Sequence record: SRR31156797_826
Reading direction: 5' to 3' (one strand)
DNA length: 64,000 bases
The stretch's first letter is position 1. Every line of letters starts with the position of its first letter. Both the position numbers and the translations under genes were made by a program. Below the pieces are notes generated by a model, which saw only the letters and a list, made by a program, of their open reading frames with translations, was not told where the DNA came from and did no database searches. Of this stretch, positions 57,243 to 64,000 are shown one piece after another.

Positions 57243-58328
57243 CTAATCGATATATACACGTGGAATACGGTTTTGTATACCCGTAAGTATCTCGTATGAA
57301 ATAGTTCCTGCCATTTCGGCAAGCTCGTCTGCGTCTATATTGTCTCCGAGAACCTCAACAGCTAAATCACCGTTAAGATCCACCCCTGTGAGGTCTACCA
57401 TTAACATATCCATGCAAACAGTACCAACAACCTTACACTTAACCCCATCGACAAAAACGTGGCTCTTATTGCTAAGGCACCTTGGGTAACCATCTGCATA
57501 GCCTATAGGCACAACGCCGATGACCATATCATTTTCTGCGTAAAACTTACGCCCATAGCTTACAGAATCACCTTTGTTAAGGTACTGAATCTGCACGATA
57601 CGGGAAAAGACGCGCATCACTTTTTGGAGTGTAACATTATATCCTCCATCAAGATAGCCGTAAAGCATAATTCCAGGACGAGTTAATGAAAAATTATTGT
57701 CAAACCCTGCTATACCTGACGAGTTAAGCATACTCGTATGGCATTTCAGTTTATTCTTATCTACAAACTGCTTAAATTCTTTAATCTGCTGGTCGGTAAA
57801 TTCCTTATCTGAATCAGATGACGACAGATGGCTCATCACATGCACAGGTCTGAGGCGTGGAAACATGGTGGTAAACTCGTACCAGCTCATGTCAGTATTA
57901 AAGCCGAGCCTGTTCATTCCAGTGTTGATTTTAACTGATACGTCCGCCACAAGATCGTGTTTAGCTAAAAATTCGTTATATCTAGCTGCTGTGTCCGTAT
58001 CATTTATTGTAAGTACGATATTGTGCGTAAACGCCTCTTCATAAAATAGTTCGTCGATATAGCCGAGGCAGAAAACTGTTATAGAGCTGCCTAGCTGTTC
58101 ACGGAGGATAATCCCCTCTAAAACCGTTGCTACTGCGAATTTCGTACAGTTGCACGTCTCATAAGCGTAGGTGCTTATCTCTAGCTCGCCGTGGCTGTAT
58201 GCATCAGCTTTGACTATGGCTATAACATCACTGCCGGATAGTTTTCTGGCAACCTCGAGATTATGCCCGAAGGCTTTGAGGTTAATCTCAGCATATGTAG
58301 GTCTGAGTGCTTTAAGCTTACTGTTCAT
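57243..58328 (-). CDS. alr: Alanine racemase
   Basis: IVKADAYSHG, NTGMNRLG, RPGIMLYG, GYADG, VCMD, TISYE. Confidence 0.96.
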   Translation of the reverse strand: MNSKLKALRPTYAEINLKAFGHNLEVARKLSGSDVIAIVKADAYSHGELEISTYAYETCNCTKFAVATVLEGIILREQLGSSITVFCLGYIDELFYEEAFTHNIVLTINDTDTAARYNEFLAKHDLVADVSVKINTGMNRLGFNTDMSWYEFTTMFPRLRPVHVMSHLSSSDSDKEFTDQQIKEFKQFVDKNKLKCHTSMLNSSGIAGFDNNFSLTRPGIMLYGYLDGGYNVTLQKVMRVFSRIVQIQYLNKGDSVSYGRKFYAENDMVIGVVPIGYADGYPRCLSNKSHVFVDGVKCKVVGTVCMDMLMVDLTGVDLNGDLAVEVLGDNIDADELAEMAGTISYEILTGIQNRIPRVYID

Positions 58329-59433
58329 CAGTACCTATACCTGCTGTATGGAGAAGATATGCTCTGATGAAAGGATCAAGATTCCCTCCCATAACAGAAT
58401 CAACATTGCCCGTCTCGTGCCTTGTGCGGAGGTCTTTGACCATCTTGTACGGGTGCATAACATAAGAGCGAATCTGGTTACCCCATCCGATCTCAGTTTT
58501 AGTATCTTCAAGCTTCTGCTTCTCTTCGTTCTTTTTACTTATCTCAAGCTCGTAAAGCCTCGCCTTAAGGATCTTCATAGCGTGTGCTTTGTTCTTATGC
58601 TGGCTTCGTTCTGACTGGCAGGTGACTACAACATTAGTCGGAACGTGAGTAATACGCACCGCAGAGTCAGTGGTGTTTACGTGCTGACCACCAGCACCGG
58701 AAGCTCTGTAAGTATCTATCTGTAAGTCAGATTCACTGATATCTATCTCAATATCGTCTTCGATCTCAGGCATAACAAACACAGCCGCAAAAGAGGTGTG
58801 CCTGCGGTTTGCTGAATCGAAAGGAGATATGCGCACAAGCCTGTGAACGCCCGTCTCGCTCTTTAAGTATCCGTAAGTGAAAGGTCCTTTTATGTTGATA
58901 GTGGCGTTTTTGATGCCCGCCTCTTCACCCTCCATATAGTCGAGGATGTCGCATTTATAGCCGTTCTTTTCAGCGTAGTGAGTATACATTCTGTAGAGCA
59001 TTCCCGCCCAGTCGTTCGCCTCGGTACCGCCTGCACCTGAATTTATGGTGATGATCGCACTGTTTCCGTCACTCTGACCGGAGAGGACAAGCTGAAGTTC
59101 GAAAGCTGCGATAGTTTTCTGAAGCGTGCGGATACCATCTTCGATATCGCCTTCAAGCCCCTCTTCGCCCTCTTTAAGGAGCTCGATAAGGACTTCCACA
59201 TCATCAAGCTGACCTTTAAGTGAGTGCCACTCTTCGAGCTTCTTCTTTTTGATAGCCTGCTCTTTCATGATCCCTTTCGACTCTTTGCTGTTCCAAAAGT
59301 TAGGGTCGCTCATGGACATTTCGTCGATCTTGGCGATCTCGTCCTCAAGCTCTTTCTCATTGATAGCAGTCTCAAAACTCGCTATATCTTTTCTCGATTT
59401 ATCTAATTCGTTGATAATATCTTCGATGATCAT
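58318..59433 (-). CDS. prfB: Peptide chain release factor 2
   Basis: SPF anticodon motif (RISPFD), GGQHVN, WGNQIRSY; single uninterrupted ORF. Confidence 0.97.
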   Translation of the reverse strand: MIIEDIINELDKSRKDIASFETAINEKELEDEIAKIDEMSMSDPNFWNSKESKGIMKEQAIKKKKLEEWHSLKGQLDDVEVLIELLKEGEEGLEGDIEDGIRTLQKTIAAFELQLVLSGQSDGNSAIITINSGAGGTEANDWAGMLYRMYTHYAEKNGYKCDILDYMEGEEAGIKNATINIKGPFTYGYLKSETGVHRLVRISPFDSANRRHTSFAAVFVMPEIEDDIEIDISESDLQIDTYRASGAGGQHVNTTDSAVRITHVPTNVVVTCQSERSQHKNKAHAMKILKARLYELEISKKNEEKQKLEDTKTEIGWGNQIRSYVMHPYKMVKDLRTRHETGNVDSVMGGNLDPFIRAYLLHTAGIGTDEQ

Positions 59434-59438
59434 TTAAA

Positions 59439-60755
59439 TTAAACTCCGCTCACTGACATTTTATCAAATAAAGTATCCGATGTAGTAATATTCCCGAAAG
59501 TTCGGCTGTTGTCAAATATATGTACTGTTCCTTCTAACAAGTCGGCGAGGTTGCCAGCCAGCACAGCCTCTTTGAAAGGGTATAAAGCTTCGCCATTTTT
59601 GCAGTATATACCTGATATACCAACAGAAAAATTACCACTGACAGGGTCAGCCGTGTGCATCCCCATAACTTCTGTTATTTTCAGATACTCGCTACATATA
59701 TCATCCGGCTTTGCAGATGTTGTCGGTATGGTCGAAACATTAGTAGTCCCAACAGATATGCTACCGCCACCTGATACACGTGCACGAAAGTTATTTTCCA
59801 CCCCTAAAGCTTTCGCAGTATAGCTTGTATGCAGATAGTTTTGAAGTACGCCACCAGAGAATATATCAACCTTACCGCACTTCTGACCTTCGTCGTCAAA
59901 GTTAGTAGATGCCAAACCTTCTCTCAAAGTCGGATCATCTGTCAGGTTAAACTGTTTAGATGCGCAAGCCTTGCCAATCTTGCCTTTCAGCAGGCTGACA
60001 TCTTTATAAACATTCTCCCCGTCAACAAGTTCCATAACAAGATCTATAAAACTTGACATAACATCAGCTGAGAAAAGTATATTATATTTCCCAGTATTTA
60101 TATGTTTTGCACCAAGAAGCGAACATGCGTTCTCGGCAGCATAAATCCCTGACTCTTTATGGTTTAATTTATCCATACTGATAGCTGAAACATAATCATA
60201 ACCGTCACGCTCATCGTCACCGTCAGAGGCTATAAGATATGCACCGGCAGAATAGCTTATCTTTGCACTGTTTAGCACCGGACCAGCAGTCGAGATGATA
60301 GTCTTCTCACCGAATGTCACGGACACTGACGACTGTTTAACAGCAGTTACACGCTTATCGAACCCCATCGCCGCATCAGTAAGCTCAACAGCCTTAGAGA
60401 CGAGCATATCAGTAGTTACAGATTCGAAATCAGCCTCGCTATAATTATGCCCTTCGACAAAACTGTACTCAGGTATAAACCTGAATTCATCAGCAGGAAG
60501 ATTACTGATAAGTGCTGTATGGCTATTAAGGAAATCGTTTATGGTCTCTACATCTCCACCTGAAAAACCGCTGGAGACTACCCTTCCGCCTTTAACAGCA
60601 CGGACAACAACTTTAGTGTCATCAGAAAGATCAACAGTCTCAATTTCATGCCCATCCAACTGAACAGTTTTTGACCTGCCAGCGGATATACGCACAGAGA
60701 TATTGTCGTAGCTAGATTTGTAACTATCTATTATATTTTGGATTTTTTCAGTCAT
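59439..60755 (-). CDS. TldD/PmbA family protein (PmbA-like)
   Basis: DDP, FDDEG, GVLQNYL, MGMHT..SGNFS; no HExxH seen. Confidence 0.85.
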   Translation of the reverse strand: MTEKIQNIIDSYKSSYDNISVRISAGRSKTVQLDGHEIETVDLSDDTKVVVRAVKGGRVVSSGFSGGDVETINDFLNSHTALISNLPADEFRFIPEYSFVEGHNYSEADFESVTTDMLVSKAVELTDAAMGFDKRVTAVKQSSVSVTFGEKTIISTAGPVLNSAKISYSAGAYLIASDGDDERDGYDYVSAISMDKLNHKESGIYAAENACSLLGAKHINTGKYNILFSADVMSSFIDLVMELVDGENVYKDVSLLKGKIGKACASKQFNLTDDPTLREGLASTNFDDEGQKCGKVDIFSGGVLQNYLHTSYTAKALGVENNFRARVSGGGSISVGTTNVSTIPTTSAKPDDICSEYLKITEVMGMHTADPVSGNFSVGISGIYCKNGEALYPFKEAVLAGNLADLLEGTVHIFDNSRTFGNITTSDTLFDKMSVSGV

Positions 60756-61201
60756 AATGTTTTCATCATAGCAATTTCATCGCAGTCAGGGAACTTTGTA
60801 CATTTGAGGCAATCAGACCATATCTTCTTAGGAAGCTGTTCTTTTTCAACCTCTTCAAAGCCCATTTTTGCGAAAAAGCCCGGAACATAAGTGAGGAGAA
60901 AAACTTTCGATATCCCAAGATTTACAGCAGTTTCAAGGGATCTTTCAACCAGAGCAGAGCCTATACCTTTTTTCCCGATGTCCTGACGTACAGCTATGGA
61001 ACGAATCTCAGCCAGATCTTCCCATGTAGGGTGCAGAGCACAGCATCCGATTATCTCGCCAGACTCTTCCCAGACGACAAACTCGAGAATTTTCTCATAG
61101 ATGTCGTTAATGCTGAGCGGGAGCATCTCACCGTCTTTAGCAAAGTAATTCACAAGGGTCTGAATGTTTTTCGCATCAGACATCACAGCGGGTCTTATCA
61201 T
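60752..61201 (-). CDS. GNAT acetyltransferase, short ArgA-like
   Basis: GCCALH..WEDLAEIRSIAV, GIGSAL, LPKKIWSDC.KC.KFPDCDE. Confidence 0.85.
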   Translation of the reverse strand: MIRPAVMSDAKNIQTLVNYFAKDGEMLPLSINDIYEKILEFVVWEESGEIIGCCALHPTWEDLAEIRSIAVRQDIGKKGIGSALVERSLETAVNLGISKVFLLTYVPGFFAKMGFEEVEKEQLPKKIWSDCLKCTKFPDCDEIAMMKTL

Positions 61202-61596
61202 TTCATAACTTCTTTTACAAAGGTACGGTAAAGTCTTATGGATGTCTCTTTATCTGGTATCAGCTCAATGTGTTTTTTTGTTCTGATTGCGACCTCTGTC
61301 GCTGTATCGTTAACAGGTTTGATAGTCACATAAACGATAGATTTACCAAGCTGAGCTTTGATATTACCATCCGTAATGCTAGATTCAGCTATCTGACCAT
61401 CCCAAGTTGTCAGGATACCTATCATAGTCTCAAACGCCTGCTCTTTAGATATGTTAAATGTATCTTTGATGTGATCGTTAGTAGTGGAATAAACCGCTCC
61501 GCCTGATGCCCCGCCTATGATAAGAGGTGCAGGAACACATGCAGTAAGAGCCAAAATCAGCACTGTTAAAACTACAGAAAACTTTATATTCTTCAT
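61198..61596 (-). CDS. Lipoprotein, DUF3568-like
   Basis: Lipobox LTAC followed by a Gly-rich GGASGGA segment. Confidence 0.7.
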   Translation of the reverse strand: MKNIKFSVVLTVLILALTACVPAPLIIGGASGGAVYSTTNDHIKDTFNISKEQAFETMIGILTTWDGQIAESSITDGNIKAQLGKSIVYVTIKPVNDTATEVAIRTKKHIELIPDKETSIRLYRTFVKEVMK

Positions 61597-61662
61597 AACG
61601 CCCCCAAGTCTTTATATTATCTTGATTTTATCGAAAACACCTTATTTAATCAACAAAATTCG

Positions 61663-61790
61663 TTGACAAAGATTAAGATGAAAGGCTATTATTTTTTGGG
61701 TGAAAAATGAGACATAAAATCGAGAATACGAAGTAACTTTGAGAACACAGCCTTTTGGCCGCAGTTAGCGGTTGAAAGGCTTTTTTTTTG
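61663..61790 (+). promoter_or_regulatory. pyr operon promoter and attenuator leader with intrinsic terminator
   Basis: TTGACA (61663) / TATTAT (61687); 14-bp stem AGCCTTTTGGCCGC-AGTTA-GCGGTTGAAAGGCT plus T run, 61749-61789, just before pyrR. Confidence 0.8.
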
Positions 61791-61809
61791 TATATTTATG
61801 GAGGATAAA

Positions 61810-62343
61810 ATGTCATCCAAAGAGATAATGAACGAAGATGAAATGTTGAGAACACTCAACAGAATGGTTTTTCAGATTTTAGAAGATGTTAAAGATACCA
61901 AAGAGATATGTCTTGTTGGTATCCGCAGGGGTGGAGCCTTTTTGGCTGACAGGCTTAACGACATTTTCAAATCAGAAGGTATCGTTGACATAAATGTCGG
62001 ATATCTTGACATCACCCTTTACAGAGACGATCTCACATCCATCGCTGAGTATCCGGTGCTCCACGGGACAGAGATCGACTTCGATGTAAATGGTAAACAT
62101 GTAATACTGGTAGACGACGTGATCTATACCGGAAGAACAACAAGGGCAGCGATGGACGCACTCATAGATCTGGGCAGACCGGGTAAGATATCTCTCGCCG
62201 CATTCGTAGACAGAGGGCACAGAGAGCTCCCTGTTCAGCCGGATTTCACAGGTAAACTAGTACCTACGTCACTGAGCGAAATAGTAGAAGTGTCACTTAA
62301 AGAAAAAGACGGAAGTGACTCAGTAATAATACAAAAAAAATAA
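61810..62343 (+). CDS. pyrR: Bifunctional pyr attenuation regulator / uracil PRTase
   Basis: [37 protein letters not shown]. Confidence 0.96.
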   Translation: MSSKEIMNEDEMLRTLNRMVFQILEDVKDTKEICLVGIRRGGAFLADRLNDIFKSEGIVDINVGYLDITLYRDDLTSIAEYPVLHGTEIDFDVNGKHVILVDDVIYTGRTTRAAMDALIDLGRPGKISLAAFVDRGHRELPVQPDFTGKLVPTSLSEIVEVSLKEKDGSDSVIIQKK

Positions 62344-62353
62344 GGGGAGTTTA

Positions 62354-63298
62354 ATGTCATTCAAACGTAAAGACCTTTTGGGCATGTCTGATCTGACCAG
62401 CGAAGAGATAACCTATCTCCTCGATACTGCGCAGTCTTTCTGCGAGATAAATGAGAGAGATGTAAAGAAAGTCCCTACCCTCAAAGGTAGAACTGTTATT
62501 AACCTTTTCTTTGAACCATCAACAAGAACAAGGACATCTTTTGAGATAGCAGGTAAAAGACTTTCCGCTGATACTATCAATTTTAGCTCATCAGCGAGCA
62601 GTACGACAAAGGGAGAGACCCTCATCGACACTGTGAAAAACATGGAAGCTATGCACTCTGACCTCTTTGTTGTGCGTCACGCATACTCTGGTTCAGTTAA
62701 GTTTATCGCTGAAAACACTGATGCCGCAGTTGTTAACGCTGGTGACGGACTTAACGAGCACCCTACTCAGGCTTTATTGGATTTACTTACGATACGTCAA
62801 AATAAGGGTGATATAAAGGGGCTTGAGATTGCTATTATCGGTGACATAACACACTCAAGGGTAGCAAGGTCCAACATCTGGGCTATGAACACCCTCGGTG
62901 CTAATGTCCGCCTGTACGGACCGCCGACTATGCTTCCTAAATATATAGAGCCTTTCAACTGTAGAAAATGCTCCAGCATGGAGGAAGCTATCGAGGGCGC
63001 AGACGTAGTTATTATGCTCCGTATCCAGCGTGAGCGTCAGGGTAAGCTACTTCTCCCTTCAACACGTGAATACGCAAAGTTCTTCGGACTTACTAACGAC
63101 AGACTCGCACAGGCGAAAGAAGATGCAATTGTTATGCACCCGGGACCTATCAACCGTGGTGTCGAGCTTATGACTAATGTTGCGGACTGTAGCAGATCAG
63201 TTATTTTACCGCAGGTATCTAACGGTGTTGCCGTTCGTATGGCGGCACTCTACTTACTCGGACTGAAAAAAGGAGGAAACAGTGAAGACGCTTCTTAA
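62354..63298 (+). CDS. pyrB: Aspartate carbamoyltransferase catalytic subunit
   Basis: [38 protein letters not shown]. Confidence 0.97.
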   Translation: MSFKRKDLLGMSDLTSEEITYLLDTAQSFCEINERDVKKVPTLKGRTVINLFFEPSTRTRTSFEIAGKRLSADTINFSSSASSTTKGETLIDTVKNMEAMHSDLFVVRHAYSGSVKFIAENTDAAVVNAGDGLNEHPTQALLDLLTIRQNKGDIKGLEIAIIGDITHSRVARSNIWAMNTLGANVRLYGPPTMLPKYIEPFNCRKCSSMEEAIEGADVVIMLRIQRERQGKLLLPSTREYAKFFGLTNDRLAQAKEDAIVMHPGPINRGVELMTNVADCSRSVILPQVSNGVAVRMAALYLLGLKKGGNSEDAS

Positions 63299-64000
63299 AA
63301 ACTGTAAAATAGTTAACCATGACAAGACAATAGATGGAAATATCCTTATCGACGGCGAGCTTATCGCAGCTATCGGCGCTACGGATGAGCAAGCAGACGA
63401 GGTTATCGACTGCGAAGGAAAATACGTTATCCCTGGTATGATCGACCTTCACGTTCACCTCAGAGACCCGGGGCTTGAGTATAAGGAAGACATTCATTCC
63501 GGTGCAAAAGCTGCCGTAGCTGGCGGTGTGACTGGTATCTGCCCTATGGCGAACACAAAACCTATCAATGACAATAGTACAATCACTAAATATATGGTAG
63601 ACAAAGGAAAAGAACTTGGCATATGCGATATTATGCCTATCGGAGCTATCACTAAAGGACTCACCGGCGAGGAGCTCACTGAGATGGGCGACATGACAGA
63701 GGCCGGCGCAATCGGTTTTTCAGATGACGGCTTACCTGTTTGTTCTGCTGAGGTTTTCCGCAGAGCCGCTGAGTATGCATCACAGTTCGGCTCGTTTGTA
63801 ATCAGCCACGCAGAAGACAAGTCAATCGCAGGTAAAGGCGTTATAAACGACGGCGAAGTAGCTACTCTCACAGGTCTCAGAGGCATCCCTGCTGAATCTG
63901 AAGAGATTATGGTTGCTCGTGACATACTCGTTTCAAAGCTTACTGGTGCTCACGTACATATCTGTCACATAAGCACAAAAGGGACACTTGAGCTTGTTCG
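63282..64000 (+). CDS. pyrC: Dihydroorotase (3' truncated by window edge)
   Basis: Not in the ORF track. GTG 63282 after AGGAGG reads [50 protein letters not shown], open to the window end. Confidence 0.93.
   Translation, partial: MKTLLKNCKIVNHDKTIDGNILIDGELIAAIGATDEQADEVIDCEGKYVIPGMIDLHVHLRDPGLEYKEDIHSGAKAAVAGGVTGICPMANTKPINDNSTITKYMVDKGKELGICDIMPIGAITKGLTGEELTEMGDMTEAGAIGFSDDGLPVCSAEVFRRAAEYASQFGSFVISHAEDKSIAGKGVINDGEVATLTGLRGIPAESEEIMVARDILVSKLTGAHVHICHISTKGTLELV

Overview
A 64-kb bacterial chromosomal window made up mostly of housekeeping genes. The gene content (futalosine pathway mqnD, PyrR-led pyr operon, yacL-ispD, long MlaD, ntrYX-like pair) suggests an anaerobic diderm such as a Deferribacterota (Denitrovibrio/Geovibrio-like) organism; this is inference, not a database result. 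First half: infB(partial)-rbfA-truB-rpsO-pnp; an HD-GYP gene; M16 peptidase-dut-glgP-MFS; pgeF-yggS-yggT-K channel-PIN/TRAM-ispD; two tandem paralogous hypothetical genes on the minus strand; site-2 protease-trpS-scpAB-rluB-queD; TPR-ntrY-ntrX; a FliL-like gene; and a lexA-small ORF-dinB cassette. Second half: vanZ, purB-mtaD-HAD; small accessory genes and a TetR/DMT pair; a Dcu transporter with a CitAB/DcuSR-type two-component system; GT4; folA-thyA; a TIGR04283/TVP38/flavin disulfide reductase/TIGR04282 cluster; ptsP, mqnD, mlaDFE, alr, prfB, pmbA, GNAT, a lipoprotein; and pyrR-pyrB-pyrC(partial). I saw no rRNA, tRNA, CRISPR array, transposase or prophage. Most notable: (1) a tandem pair of apparently catalytically dead HD-GYP-like proteins with a conserved C-terminal Cys4/His motif; (2) an SOS cassette with GAAC-N4-GTTC boxes and a small uncharacterised gene coupled to dinB; (3) an MlaEFD system whose MlaD ends in a probable beta-barrel; (4) a dispersed intergenic GA/GA hairpin repeat with a compensatory base change; (5) three operator palindromes spaced exactly 23 bp apart at the TetR/DMT promoter. 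All protein calls come from motif recognition by eye.
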